From assembly GCA_963711035.1 (NCBI GenBank), contig CAVQCN010000004.1, forward strand, positions 28,538-92,537: a DNA stretch of 64,000 bases, read 5' to 3'. A model generated the notes under the pieces. The model had not been told where the DNA came from. It saw only the letters and a list, made by a program, of their open reading frames with translations, and searched no databases. Below are positions 31,050 through 42,072 of this stretch, piece after piece. Position 1 is the first letter of the stretch, and every line of letters starts with the position of its first letter. The stretch comes from an uncultured Chloroflexia bacterium. GTDB lineage: Bacteria > Chloroflexota > Dehalococcoidia > DSTF01 > WHTK01. Both the position numbers and the translations under genes were made by a program.

Positions 31050-32017
31050 TGCTGCGCCGCCTGCTCGCAGTCGCTTTCATCGTCGGCCTCCTATGCGCCG
31101 CGATGGTACCGGCTGCCGCGGCCGACACCAAGGTCACCAACGTCGAAGTCGACGCGCCGGCCGGTACGACGGTGGGCGATCGGTTCCACGTCGTCATCAC
31201 GCTGCTCGCCGATCCTGGCACCGACGTCAGCCTGGCGCCCGGCGCGATCCCGGATGCCTTCTCGCTGATCGACGCTGCCCCGCCGTCCGTCGAGGACATC
31301 GGCAACAGCCGCGTACGGATCACGCTCGACCTGGAGCTCGCCGCCTTCCAGACAGGCGACGTCGCCTTGCCGCCATTGACCATCGACTACCGCGACGCCC
31401 AGGGCGCGCCGGGCCAGGTCCAGACGCCGGCGACCTCGGTGACGATCGCCAGCGTGCTGAACGGTGCGACCGCGCCGACGCCGCGCGGCCTCAAGCCGCA
31501 GGCCGAGATCGGCAGCGCTGGTGCGGGCGGGCTGCTACTGCGCGCCGGTGTCGTCGCCGTCGTGGCGCTGCTTGTCGGCGCCGTGATATTCATGCTGGTC
31601 CGCCGCCGAAAGCCAAAGGCCACTGTGGCCGATGCGGTGCTCGCCGAGCTCGGCCCCGAGGACCTGGCGCGGGCGCACCTCGACCGAGCCGCCGTCGACT
31701 TTGCCGCCGACCGCAACCTCGTCCCCTACTACACGACAATCGCCCTGACGGTGCGCAACTATTTGACGGAGCGCTACGGCTTCCACGCCTTTGCCCTGAC
31801 GACGTCCGAGCTGCGGGACGAGATGCTGCGCCGCGGCATCGACCGCTGGCAGGCCCGCCTGGTGGACGGCCTGCTCAGCCAGTGCGACGCCGCCGTCTAC
31901 GCTCACTACGAGCCGGCCGCGGAACGCGCCGACACCGACCTGACGACGGCCTACGAGGTAATCGAGATGAGCCGTCCGCTGACGGAGGAGAACCAGGAGG
32001 CGACGCCAGTCTCATGA
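31049..32017 (+). CDS. Secreted/membrane protein of Bat-type operon
   Basis: Signal peptide, beta-rich domain, TM, LTTSE motif; position in MoxR-DUF58-VWA operon. Confidence 0.65.
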   Translation: MLRRLLAVAFIVGLLCAAMVPAAAADTKVTNVEVDAPAGTTVGDRFHVVITLLADPGTDVSLAPGAIPDAFSLIDAAPPSVEDIGNSRVRITLDLELAAFQTGDVALPPLTIDYRDAQGAPGQVQTPATSVTIASVLNGATAPTPRGLKPQAEIGSAGAGGLLLRAGVVAVVALLVGAVIFMLVRRRKPKATVADAVLAELGPEDLARAHLDRAAVDFAADRNLVPYYTTIALTVRNYLTERYGFHAFALTTSELRDEMLRRGIDRWQARLVDGLLSQCDAAVYAHYEPAAERADTDLTTAYEVIEMSRPLTEENQEATPVS

Positions 32018-32961
32018 GGTTCGCCGACCCCTACCTGCTGCTGCTCCTGCTGTTGATACCGGTGCTGTTGCTGCTCAAGGCTCGCTTCGTGCGCAGCGCG
32101 GCGCCCGGCACCTTCTCCAACCTGGCGCTGGTCAGCGGTTACGCCGCCACTTGGCGGCTACGCCTGCGCTGGGTACCGACCGCGGTGCGCGCGCTGGCGA
32201 TCACGCTCCTGATCGTGGCGCTGGCGCGGCCGCAGACGGGGCGAGCCGAGACGGAGCAGCAGGGCCAGGGCATCGACATCGCCCTGATCCTCGACACATC
32301 GAGCAGCATGGGCGGCGACTTCGGCAACCAGCAGACCAAGCTGCAGGCCGCCCAGACCGTGATCAAGCAGTTCATCCAGGGCCGCAAGGACGACCGCTTC
32401 GGCCTGGTCATCTTCCGCGAGAACAGCCTCGTCCTCAGTCCGATGACGCTGGACTACGACGCCCTGTCGCAGACGGTGGATGAAGTCGACCAGGTCAACC
32501 TGCAGGACGGCACCGCCATCGGCAGCGGCCTCGCGGACGGCCTCAACCTGCTGCGCGGCTCTCGCGCGCGCAGCCGCGTCGCCATCCTGCTCACCGACGG
32601 CGAAAACAACGCCGGCACCATCGAGCCGCTGGCCGCGGCGCGCATCGCCGAGACGCTGGGCATTCACGTCTACACGATCGGCGTCATCGACCCGCAGGCG
32701 CGCGCTAGCGGCGCCAGCAACGTTGACGAGACAGCGCTAACTCAGATGGCAACGATCACCGGCGGCCGCTACTTCCGCGCCGAGAACGAGAACGCCCTGC
32801 AGGCGATCTACCAGAACATCGACCAGCTCGAGACGTCGCGCGTCGGACGCCCGCAGTTCGTTGACTACGACGAGAAAGCAGGCTACTTCCTGATCGCGGC
32901 GCTGGCTCTGCTGGCGCTTGAGCTGTCCCTGCGCAACACACTGTGGAGGCAGGCGGCATGA
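32014..32961 (+). CDS. BatA-like VWA domain protein
   Basis: MRFADP, ALARPQ, DTSSSM MIDAS, GTAIG, LTDGENN. Confidence 0.9.
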   Translation: MRFADPYLLLLLLLIPVLLLLKARFVRSAAPGTFSNLALVSGYAATWRLRLRWVPTAVRALAITLLIVALARPQTGRAETEQQGQGIDIALILDTSSSMGGDFGNQQTKLQAAQTVIKQFIQGRKDDRFGLVIFRENSLVLSPMTLDYDALSQTVDEVDQVNLQDGTAIGSGLADGLNLLRGSRARSRVAILLTDGENNAGTIEPLAAARIAETLGIHVYTIGVIDPQARASGASNVDETALTQMATITGGRYFRAENENALQAIYQNIDQLETSRVGRPQFVDYDEKAGYFLIAALALLALELSLRNTLWRQAA

Positions 32962-34773
32962 CGCTCGGACAGCCTGTCTACCTGGCTTTGCTGCTGATCG
33001 TTGCGCTGATGGCCGGCCTGGCTGTGCGATTGATGCTGTGGCGCCGCGCCGCTCGCGCCAGCTTTGCGGGGCCACAGGCACGGCACTGGCACGGCGGCGG
33101 CTTCTGGCCCGCCATGCTGCTGCTACTCGCCGCGAGCGTGCTCATCGTCGTCGCCGTGGCGCATCCGCGCTGGGGCAGCACGACTCAGGTGCACGAGCGT
33201 CAGGGCGTCGACCTTGTCATCGTCCTCGACGTCTCGAAGAGCATGACGGCGACCGACGTGCAGCCTAGCCGCCTCGAGCTCGCTCAGAGCCAGCTCGTGC
33301 GGCTGATCGAGTCGGAGCGCGGCAACCGCTTTGGGCTAGTGCTGTTTGCCGGCAGTGCCATCCTGCGCTCGCCGCTGACCACGGACGCGCTGGCGATGGA
33401 GCAGCTGGTGCAGGGCGCCGGCAGCGAAGCCGGTCTCGTCACAGCCGGGTCGGATATCGGCGCCGCCCTCGACCAGGCGAAAGTCATCCTCGAGAACAGC
33501 GATAGCGCCGGCAAGGCAATTCTCGTCGTCAGCGACGGCGAGGACCACGCCGGCGGCTTCAGTCAGCGCGCGGCGGACCTGCACGCGCAGGGCATCCTCG
33601 TGCTCGCGGCCGGCGTCGGCACGACTGAGGGCTCAACCCTTATCGTGACAAACGCCATCGGCTCCAACCCCCAGGTCAAGGTCGACGAATCGGGGCAGCC
33701 CATCGTCACCAAACTCGACGAGGCGAACCTGCAGGCGCTGGCAGCAGCCGGCGGCGGGCGCTACCTGCGACTCGATAACACCAACCTGCTCAGCTTCCGC
33801 GACGATCTGTCCCGTCTCAGCCAGACGCCCCTCGGCCAGGAGACACAGGTCCTCCCGATCGAGCGCTTCCAGCTCTTCGTCGCCGCCGCGCTGGTGCTGC
33901 TCGTCGCGGCCTGGTTCGTGCCGTCACGGCTGCGGTTGCCATCACCGCGGCGCCTGCTGCGCGTGCGACTTCGCCCCGAAATCGCGCTGCTCCTGCTCGC
34001 CATCGGCCTCGGCGCCTGCTCCCAGAACTCGCTGCGCAGCCGCAACGAAACCGCGAATCGCGCCTACGAGGCGGGCAACTACGACGACGCGCTCACCCAG
34101 TACCAGACGCTGATCGCGGCGCGGCCGGACGTGCCGGAGCTGAGCTACAACTCCAGCAACACCGAGAACCGCCTAGGCAACTACGACCGCGCCGTAGAAG
34201 AGGCGCAGCGCGCCCTGCCGCCGACCAGCGCCGATGTCGGCGACCTCACCTACTACACGCTCGGCAACAGCGAGCTCTCGCTCGGCAACCTGGAGCAGGC
34301 CTACGACGCCTATCGCAACGCCCTGCTGCTCAACCCGGACGACGCGGACGCCAAGTACAACCTCGAGGTCACGCTGGCCATGCTGCAACAGCGTCAGCAG
34401 GAGCAGACAACAACAAGAACAACAGCAGCCCGGCGACAATGGCCAGCCGCCGGCGGGCGATCAGGCCAACGGCGGCGACCAACAGCAACAACCCGGCGAC
34501 CAGCAGCCTGGCGACCAGTCGCAGCAGGGCCAGGGCGATCAGCAGCAAGACAACAACGGCCAACAGCAGCCCGGCACGACTCCCGGCGCGACCGGCGATC
34601 AGAACCCGGACGCCGGGTCCAGCAGCCCAACCCGTGACCTGCAGCAGGCCCTCGAAGGCATCGGCACGCAGCCGACGTACGAGCAGGCGCTGCACATCCT
34701 CGACCTGCTGCGCCAGGAGCAGCAACAGCAGCAGATTCCCGTGACGGGCGGCACGGGAGGCCCCGACTACTGA
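32958..34773 (+). pseudogene. BatB/BatC-like VWA-TPR fusion with apparent +1 frameshift near 34407
   Basis: DVSKSM, SDGED, TPRs ending AKYNLE; Q-rich tail continues in the next frame to ...GGPDY*. Confidence 0.75.
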
Positions 34774-34994
34774 TGCCGAGTGGCTGGGTGCACCTGGTGA
34801 CGGCGCCGGATCAGCTCACGGCCGAGTTCTGGATCCAGGTCCTGCAGGACGCCGGCATCACCGCCGTCATCCATCCGGCGGACGCCGTCTCATTCCTCGG
34901 CGTGGCGGGCTACGGCTGCCGCGTGCTGGTGCGTGAAGAGGACCTCGACGAGGCGCGGGAGATCATCCCGGAAGCGGCGGCCGAAGGCCACTAG
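34773..34994 (+). CDS. Small DUF2007-like protein
   Basis: AE...LQDAGI...VLVREEDLDEAREI; TGATG overlap. Confidence 0.75.
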   Translation: MPSGWVHLVTAPDQLTAEFWIQVLQDAGITAVIHPADAVSFLGVAGYGCRVLVREEDLDEAREIIPEAAAEGH

Positions 34995-35217
34995 CGTGGC
35001 GGCGAACCCTGCCAAGAGACCGTCCACCACCGACAGACTGACCAGGTAGCCCGTCTTTCGCAGTTGTAGGCGAGGCTTTCTAACCTCACCGCCGAGCCAG
35101 GAAAGGCCCGGCTACGGCACTACGTGGGGCAAGCCTCTAGCCGGCAGTCGCCGGCCGGTCCGTTCAGGCGTGCCGTCCGGGAGTGGTGCCTCGCGCAGTT
35201 CGCGTGCCATGCAATGG

Positions 35218-37485
35218 CTATTTCCACCGCAGGGCGCGGGACAGGAGCTTATTGCGCACCTGCTTCCAGACGCCTGCGAGGCGCTCCTTCTCCTGCGGGC
35301 TCAGATCTTTGTGACCGTATCGACTGCGCACGTAGCTCTCGCTCAGGTAGTCGATGTCATCGACGTCGGGCAGCTCGTGGTGCAGGCGGTCGATCATCTC
35401 ACGCGGCGTTTGCTGCGGCAGCGGCCGGATGCGGGCCCAGCGGCCCAGACGCAACGTCTTCTCCCATATCTGCGCCGGGTAGTCGAGGCCGTGCATGCCG
35501 CGCTGCCAGACGAACTGGAACAGGCCGCCGCCGATCAGGCTCACGGCCAGGAAGACGCCGATGACGCCGAGAAGGATCTGGCTGAAGAGGTGCGAGTCGT
35601 GGTGCTGCACGATCGTGTCGACGGCCGGGCCGGCGGGCGCCAGCGGGATGCTCTGGTCGGTAAACGGCAGCTCGCCGTCGAACAGCGAGAAGTCATCCTG
35701 GCCGGGAATGGGCTGGTCAGTGCCGGTGCGGGCGACGCGCGGCTCGTTCGGCGCCGGGTTGAATTCAACCCAGCCGAGGCCGGGGAAGTAGACCTCCGGC
35801 CAGGCGAAGGAGTTCGCGCCGGTCACGGTGTACGTGTTCGTGTTTGGCGCCCGATCCTGCGGCCGCAGCACGTAGCCCACGGCGATGCGGGCCGGGATAC
35901 CCAGCGTGCGCAGCATGACGACCATCGCCGAGGCGTGGTAGTCGAAGTAGCCGCGCTGCACGTCGAAGAGGAAGTAGTCGACCGAGTCCTGCTTCGGCCC
36001 CGCCGGCGGGATGGTGGTATCGATGGCGAAGGTGCGCAGGTACTGCTCGATCTTCACGGCGCTGTCGTACGGGTTGGTAGAGCCGGCCGTGACCTCCTGT
36101 GCCTTGTCGGCGACGCGCTGAGGCAGGTCTGAGGGCAACTGCAGGTACGGCGTGATCCAGTCCGGGTAGTCGCTCGATGCAGCCTCCAGGCTCTCGACCG
36201 ACGCGTTGCTCACCGTGCTGTCGATGTGGTACTCGTCCCCTGCTTTGAGGCCGTTCGCCGGGCGCACGGAGGTAATGTCCGCCTGGTTGGAGCCATAGAC
36301 GACTTTCGTGTCGATCGAGACGTCCAGCGGCTCACCGGCTGTGAGAATGACGCCGCTGTCCTTCGAGAGCGTGATGTCCGCCGAGACCGGCCGGCGCTGC
36401 TCGGCGCGGGCCTCCTCGACGCTCTGCATGGCCTCGAGCGCGGGCCAGTTGTCCTTCGTGATCTTGGAGGCATCGCCGATCTTCCAACCCTGCGAGACAT
36501 ACTCGTCGTAGCTCTGGGCGCGCAGGAAGAGGGGCTCGGACGTCGTCACCTTCATGACCTCGCCGGTGCCGAGCGAAATCTGACCCTGCAGCGGAAACAC
36601 GGAGCCGAAGCTGTGCACCGCCGCGCCTTTCTTGCTATCGACGGCAGCAAACACGCGGTTGAAGTCCGTAATCCGCCCCGTAATCGGCGCAGTGATCTCA
36701 TGCCACACGCCGAGCAGCACGCCACTGCCACCGCCGACCGGCATGATCCACGCCGCCGCCAGCAGCACCAGCGCGATCCACACCGTGACGTTGAGCACGT
36801 GCAGGCTGATGAAGTCCGGGTAGCCCGCCTGCTCGCGGCGCCACTGTCGCGCCTGTCGCAGCAGGTTGGCGCGCGCCAGAAGCACGATGGCGCAGAACAG
36901 GTAGATGAGCAGCGGGAAGCTGTGCTGGCCGGGCAGGTAGCTGATGTTCGTCAGCAGCGCGGCGCCGCCCGGGATCAGCGCCAGCCAGGCGTTGTACCAG
37001 CGGAAGAGGCTCCAGGCCGCGACATACGCCGCCAGATACGTGACGGCGACGACCAGCACCACGAACGGCAGGTTGTCGGTGGAGATGCCACCTTCGTAGA
37101 CCGCCTTGCCCCATATCCACATGCGGTCCGAAAGGTCACTGATCCGGTGCGGTAGCGAGCCGTCCAGCTTGCTCGTCGAGTAGTAGATAACGCCGACCGC
37201 GCCGATCAGCAGCGCCAGCAAATGGCCCAGGACCTCGGCGATGCCCGACTTGGCCAGCACCAACCCGGTGACGAGCCCCAGGAAGGCGATCGGGAAGAGC
37301 GAAGGCATGAGGGAAACCCAGTCGGCGCCGTTGATCGAGCCGACTACGGTCAGGAAACCGATGAGGACGATGACCAGCGTGACGAGGTCTTCCCAGGACA
37401 AGAACCGCCCGATGAACGTGAAGACGTTGGGCTCGTTGCGCTCTTCTTCACCCTTGAAGAGGTCTTCCCACGACGCCTGTCGCAT
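35218..37485 (-). CDS. Membrane transglutaminase-like (TgpA/DUF4129-type) protein
   Basis: TM bundle, GYFDYHASAM, GIPARIAVGY, AWPEVYFPGLGWVEFNP. Confidence 0.88.
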   Translation of the reverse strand: MRQASWEDLFKGEEERNEPNVFTFIGRFLSWEDLVTLVIVLIGFLTVVGSINGADWVSLMPSLFPIAFLGLVTGLVLAKSGIAEVLGHLLALLIGAVGVIYYSTSKLDGSLPHRISDLSDRMWIWGKAVYEGGISTDNLPFVVLVVAVTYLAAYVAAWSLFRWYNAWLALIPGGAALLTNISYLPGQHSFPLLIYLFCAIVLLARANLLRQARQWRREQAGYPDFISLHVLNVTVWIALVLLAAAWIMPVGGGSGVLLGVWHEITAPITGRITDFNRVFAAVDSKKGAAVHSFGSVFPLQGQISLGTGEVMKVTTSEPLFLRAQSYDEYVSQGWKIGDASKITKDNWPALEAMQSVEEARAEQRRPVSADITLSKDSGVILTAGEPLDVSIDTKVVYGSNQADITSVRPANGLKAGDEYHIDSTVSNASVESLEAASSDYPDWITPYLQLPSDLPQRVADKAQEVTAGSTNPYDSAVKIEQYLRTFAIDTTIPPAGPKQDSVDYFLFDVQRGYFDYHASAMVVMLRTLGIPARIAVGYVLRPQDRAPNTNTYTVTGANSFAWPEVYFPGLGWVEFNPAPNEPRVARTGTDQPIPGQDDFSLFDGELPFTDQSIPLAPAGPAVDTIVQHHDSHLFSQILLGVIGVFLAVSLIGGGLFQFVWQRGMHGLDYPAQIWEKTLRLGRWARIRPLPQQTPREMIDRLHHELPDVDDIDYLSESYVRSRYGHKDLSPQEKERLAGVWKQVRNKLLSRALRWK

Positions 37486-38754
37486 CAGGACGTTCTCCCC
37501 GCCGGCGACTCTCCCAACTCGGCGCCCGTGGCGAGCGAGGTGACGAGGTCATCGGCGTGTTTGACCATGTAGGTGTAGACGTCGGACGCGGCCAGCGCGC
37601 CGAACACCATGAGCGAGTTCTGCTCGCCGCCGAAGGTGCTCGGCTCGAGCAGGATGGCTGCGACTTTGACGCCGCGCTCCGAGACGAACTGCAGCGCTTC
37701 CACCCAGTCCTCCGAGGTGGACGGCGTGATCACGACGACGGTCGTGTGGCGGCCGAAGCGCTTCGCCTCCTCGTTGATCAGGGCGCCGACCGAGACGTCG
37801 CCCTCGGCACGCGATAGGGCCAGCGCCTCGAGGATCTTCGTGTACTGCTGGGCGCCGCGCTGCGCGTCTTCGACGAACAGGCTCTGGCCGTAGGTGATGA
37901 TACCAACCGACCGGTTGGCGACGAGGAAGTAACGCGCCACCGACGCGGCGAGCTTGACCGCGTACTCCTCGGTGCCGTCGTCCCCTTCGCCTACGTGCAC
38001 CTTCTTCTCCATGTCGAGGATGATCCAGATGTCGGAGGCCGGGTCCAACTCGAAGAGCTTGACCATGAGCTTGTTGGTGCGTGCCGTGGAGGGCCAGTGG
38101 ATGCGGTTGAAGCTATCGCCGGACTCGTACTCGCGAACACCGGAGGCATTGGGCGTGACGTAGTGGGTGCGGCGCCGGAATCGGCCCTCGCCGGGCAGGT
38201 TGGCCGGCGGCACGTAGAAGTTGGGCAGCTCTGTCGCCTGCGGATAGATGAGGATGTTCTGCTGGTAGCCGTACGTCGTCGTGAAGCGGAAGAAGCCGAA
38301 GGGGTCGCCCGTCGTAATGCGCACCGGCCCCAAGCGTGAACAGCCCGCGACGGCCGCACTGCACCGATGTGCGCCACGTCCGCGACTGGCGCGGGCCGAG
38401 GCTGATGATCGTGCGCGAGACGTGTCCCGGCATGTCGGACGGGTCCTCGACCTCGAGCCAGAGCTTGGTCAGCCAGCTCGTGTTCTTGACCCGGATGCGC
38501 TCCTGGAAGACCTGCCCTTCCTGCAGGCGGTCGAGCGGCCGCTCGACCGTGACCTCGAGGCCGCGCGTGTTCATCCTGGCCCAGAAGTAGGCGATGGGCA
38601 GGCCGAAGAGGATGACGTAGCCGAGGCGGGCCGGCAACCAGTTTCCCGTCGCGAGAGACGAGAGCAAGCAGAGGAACAGGATTATGAGGATGACGGTGAG
38701 CGCAAAGTGGCGCCGGAAGAGCGTGTTCCACCAACGGAGTGCGAACGCCCGCAC
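37485..38754 (-). pseudogene. DUF58 protein split by a frameshift at ~38330
   Basis: ...RRGLFTL / GPVRITTGDPFG...VREYESGD...IHW in two adjacent frames. Confidence 0.8.
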
Positions 38755-38765
38755 GAACCGCCAGC

Positions 38766-39728
38766 CTAGCGCGGCTGCCCGCCGCGGGCGCGGGTGCCGG
38801 GCACCGGCACTCGCTCGAGGCAGCCGAGGATGATGTCTGAGGCAGTGATGCTCTTCACTCGCGCGGAGGGGCTAACGATGACGCGGTGTCCCAGAGTCGT
38901 ATAGGCCAGCTCCTTGACGTCATCCGGGATGACGAAGTCGCGGCCGTCGAGCAACGCACGCGCCTGCGCCGTGCGATACAGCGCCAGCGAGCCGCGCGGC
39001 GACGCGCCGAGGTAGACGGCCTCGTGTTGGCGCGTCACGTCGACGATCGAGACGATGTACTGCTTGATCAGCGGGTCGACGTAGATTTCCTTGACGGCGG
39101 TCTGGATGGCGCCGATCTCATTGGCGTCGGTGATCTGCTGCAGCGATTCGATGGGATGGGCGGCCTGCTGGCTGTCCATCATCAGCACCTCATCCGTCGT
39201 GTTCGGGTAGCCGAGGTGGACGCGCATCAGGAAGCGGTCCAGCTGGGCCTCCGGTAGCGGGAAGGTGCCCTCGTACTCGATGGGGTTCTGCGTCGCCATG
39301 ACCATGAAGGGCTCCGGCAGGCGGCGTGTCACGCCGTCGACGGTGACCTGGTGCTCCTCCATCGCTTCGAGAAGCGCCGACTGCGTCTTCGGCGTCGCGC
39401 GGTTGATCTCGTCGGCCAGGACGATCTGAGCGGAGATCGGGCCGGGCCGGAACTCGAAGTCGCCGCTGCGTTGGTTGTAGACGGAGACTCCGGTGACGTC
39501 GCTAGGCAGGATGTCGGGCGTGAACTGGATGCGCTTGAAGGTGCAGCCCGTTGACTTGGCCAGGCTGCGGGCCAGCGTGGTCTTGCCGACGCCGGGCACG
39601 TCCTCGATGAGGAGGTGTCCATGGCACATAAGGCAGATCAGGGCCAGGCGCACCTCGGCCGACTTCCCAATGATGACTTTCTCGACGTTGGCGAGGATCC
39701 GCTCCGCGATGATCTTGGGGTCTTCCAC
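38766..39728 (-). CDS. MoxR family AAA+ ATPase
   Basis: [22 protein letters not shown]; GTG start inferred. Confidence 0.93.
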   Translation of the reverse strand: MEDPKIIAERILANVEKVIIGKSAEVRLALICLMCHGHLLIEDVPGVGKTTLARSLAKSTGCTFKRIQFTPDILPSDVTGVSVYNQRSGDFEFRPGPISAQIVLADEINRATPKTQSALLEAMEEHQVTVDGVTRRLPEPFMVMATQNPIEYEGTFPLPEAQLDRFLMRVHLGYPNTTDEVLMMDSQQAAHPIESLQQITDANEIGAIQTAVKEIYVDPLIKQYIVSIVDVTRQHEAVYLGASPRGSLALYRTAQARALLDGRDFVIPDDVKELAYTTLGHRVIVSPSARVKSITASDIILGCLERVPVPGTRARGGQPR

Positions 39729-39876
39729 GCTGCCACTCCCAACGCTGCCTGGGCTTAGTTGACGGGAATTATAGCAAGCAGCTATCGCATCGAGGGTACC
39801 AAGAATCCTCGGCGCGCGCCCAGACGCTCGCCACCGATTTGGTAACCGCGCGTTGCAGTCCCTACAATCGATCGAC

Positions 39877-40923
39877 ATGACCCCGCGATTGCACCGGTTG
39901 CTCTTCATGCTGGCGGGCGGCCTGACACTCCTCGCCGTGGCCTGCGGAGGCAGCACCTCAGCGAGCCAATCCAGTGGCGTAACCATCGCCACCGTTGGGC
40001 ACACGCCCACCACGGCAGCCGTCGCGGCGCTTGAGCAGGCCACGCCCACCGCGGCGCCATCCGCAACCGCGACGGAAACGGCCGAGGCGACGGCCACCGA
40101 ACCGCCACCGACGGAGACGCCTGCGGCCACCGGCACCGTCACGTTCTCGCCGGCGCAGGTGCCGCAGGGCGGCTGGACCGTCGTCTACCTCACGGCCTCG
40201 GCGACGTCCGCGACGCTGCACTTCCGCGACCTCGACTACCCAATGCTGGACAGCGGCGACTACTGGTGGGCGATCGTCGGCGTCGGCGCCTTCACCGATC
40301 CGGGCAGCTACACGGCGACGATCACCTACACACCGACGGACGGGACGGAGGCGACCATCGTGAGCGCCGATATCCCCGTCGTCCACCGCGACTACCCGGT
40401 CGTCGACATCGAGCTGGACCCGGCTGCTACGGCGCTGCTCGACCCCAGCATCGTCAACGCGGAGCTGGCGCAGCGCGCCTCGATCTACTCCGGCTACACG
40501 ATGCAGCGCTACTGGGACGGCGCCTTCATCGCGCCCTCGGATGCGCCGCTCAGCAGCGTCTACGGCGAGGCGCGCAGCTACAACCACGGCCCGGTCACCG
40601 ACTACCACCGCGGCACCGACTTCGCCGGTCAGACCGGCGACCCGGTGGTAGCGGCTCAGCGCGGCAAGGTGGTGTTCACGGGCGAGCTCAAGGTGCGCGG
40701 CAACAGCGTGATCATCGATCACGGCGCCGGCGTCTTCACCGCCTACCATCACCTCTCCGAGATCGACGTGCAGCAGGGGCAGATGGTGGACGCGGGCGAC
40801 TTCATCGGCAAGATCGGCGCCACCGGCCTCGTCACCGGCCCTCACCTGCACTGGGAAGTCATCATTCGCGGCGTCGAGATCGACGGAGAGCTCTGGATCG
40901 CCGCCGGCGCCATCCTGCCGTAG
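39877..40923 (+). CDS. M23 metallopeptidase lipoprotein
   Basis: Lipobox AVAC, T/P linker, HRGTD, HLHWE. Confidence 0.9.
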   Translation: MTPRLHRLLFMLAGGLTLLAVACGGSTSASQSSGVTIATVGHTPTTAAVAALEQATPTAAPSATATETAEATATEPPPTETPAATGTVTFSPAQVPQGGWTVVYLTASATSATLHFRDLDYPMLDSGDYWWAIVGVGAFTDPGSYTATITYTPTDGTEATIVSADIPVVHRDYPVVDIELDPAATALLDPSIVNAELAQRASIYSGYTMQRYWDGAFIAPSDAPLSSVYGEARSYNHGPVTDYHRGTDFAGQTGDPVVAAQRGKVVFTGELKVRGNSVIIDHGAGVFTAYHHLSEIDVQQGQMVDAGDFIGKIGATGLVTGPHLHWEVIIRGVEIDGELWIAAGAILP

Positions 40924-41030
40924 GACCCGCTGGCAAGAGACGGAGCAACCGGCGCGGAGACCGCCGCAAGACGCACCGTGGTTGGCCGGGGCTAGATTCC
41001 TCGCTCGCTCGGACGGCGGCGCGTTCGCTG

Positions 41031-41939
41031 TTACGGCCGGCGGCAGATCAGCGAACGCCAGTCGCCTTCCTGCAGCGTGCGCTCGACCACGAACCCCGCC
41101 TTCTCCAGCGCTCGCACGCAGCCTGCCTCACGCTCGGCAATGATGCCGCCCGCGACGACGTAGCAGCCCGGCTTGAGGCAATCGTACATGCCCTGCGCCA
41201 ATGCGGTGACGGTGGCCGCGTTGATGTTGGCCAGGATCAGGTCGTAGGGGCCGTCGTCTTCGACCTCCTCCAGCGAGCCGTAGACGGAGCGGATGTGGTC
41301 GGCCATGCCGTTGAGCTCCGCGTTGGCGATGGTCGCCTCGTAGGCCTGCGGTTCGTTGTCGACAGCAATGGCGTAGTCGGCGCCGAGCGCGACAGCAGCG
41401 ATTGCCAGCACGCCCGAGCCGCCACCGAGGTCGAGCAGATAGGCGTGCGGCGGCAGCAAATCCTGCAACGCAAGGAGCGCCATGCGCGTCGTGGGGTGCT
41501 GGCCGGTGCCGAACGCCATGCCCGGGTCCAGGCTGATCACCACCTCGCCGGGCTGCGCTTCGTACTGCTTCCAAGCCGGCCGGATGACGATCTTGCCGGC
41601 GCGCTCGATGTCGTAGTGCTCTTTCCAGGCCTCGGCCCAGTCCTCTTCGCGAATCGTCTGCCACTGCAGCGGGCCGTCGATCGCATCCGCGAGGCCTTCG
41701 TCCACAAGGCGGCGGCGCACGGCCGCCCGTCGCGAGGGCGAGACCTCACCGTAGATGTAGGCGCGCAGGGTGAGCGGCGCCTCCTTGTCGAGGATGTATC
41801 CCTCGTCCGGGCCCAGCGCCTCGATCGGCGGCTCGATGGTCACGCCGGAGCCGGTAATCTCTTGCAGCAGGTCGGCTGCCTCGTCCGACGCGTCGGGCAT
41901 GACGCGGAGCGACATTTCGGTCCAGAAGCCCTCAGGCAT
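41031..41939 (-). CDS. prmA: Ribosomal protein L11 methyltransferase
   Basis: EEDWAEAWK, DPGMAFGTGQHPTT, LDLGGGSG. Confidence 0.94.
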   Translation of the reverse strand: MPEGFWTEMSLRVMPDASDEAADLLQEITGSGVTIEPPIEALGPDEGYILDKEAPLTLRAYIYGEVSPSRRAAVRRRLVDEGLADAIDGPLQWQTIREEDWAEAWKEHYDIERAGKIVIRPAWKQYEAQPGEVVISLDPGMAFGTGQHPTTRMALLALQDLLPPHAYLLDLGGGSGVLAIAAVALGADYAIAVDNEPQAYEATIANAELNGMADHIRSVYGSLEEVEDDGPYDLILANINAATVTALAQGMYDCLKPGCYVVAGGIIAEREAGCVRALEKAGFVVERTLQEGDWRSLICRRP

Positions 41940-42072
41940 GCGTTATCACCGTTCAGACCTCACTAGAACAGCCTGAGGGCACCACGTGCCATCGGCTCAC
42001 TGGGCGCTTCGATTGGTGGATGCATCTCTCACGTCGACCGCGTATCGCGCGGTTTGCGGCCATGCCAATGGC

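Noticed and set aside
31093-32013. Long N-terminal extension of the BatA-like ORF
   Set aside because: Overlaps the real upstream CDS; true start is MRFADP at 32014. Same artefact for ORFs called at 3837, 40142 and 60552
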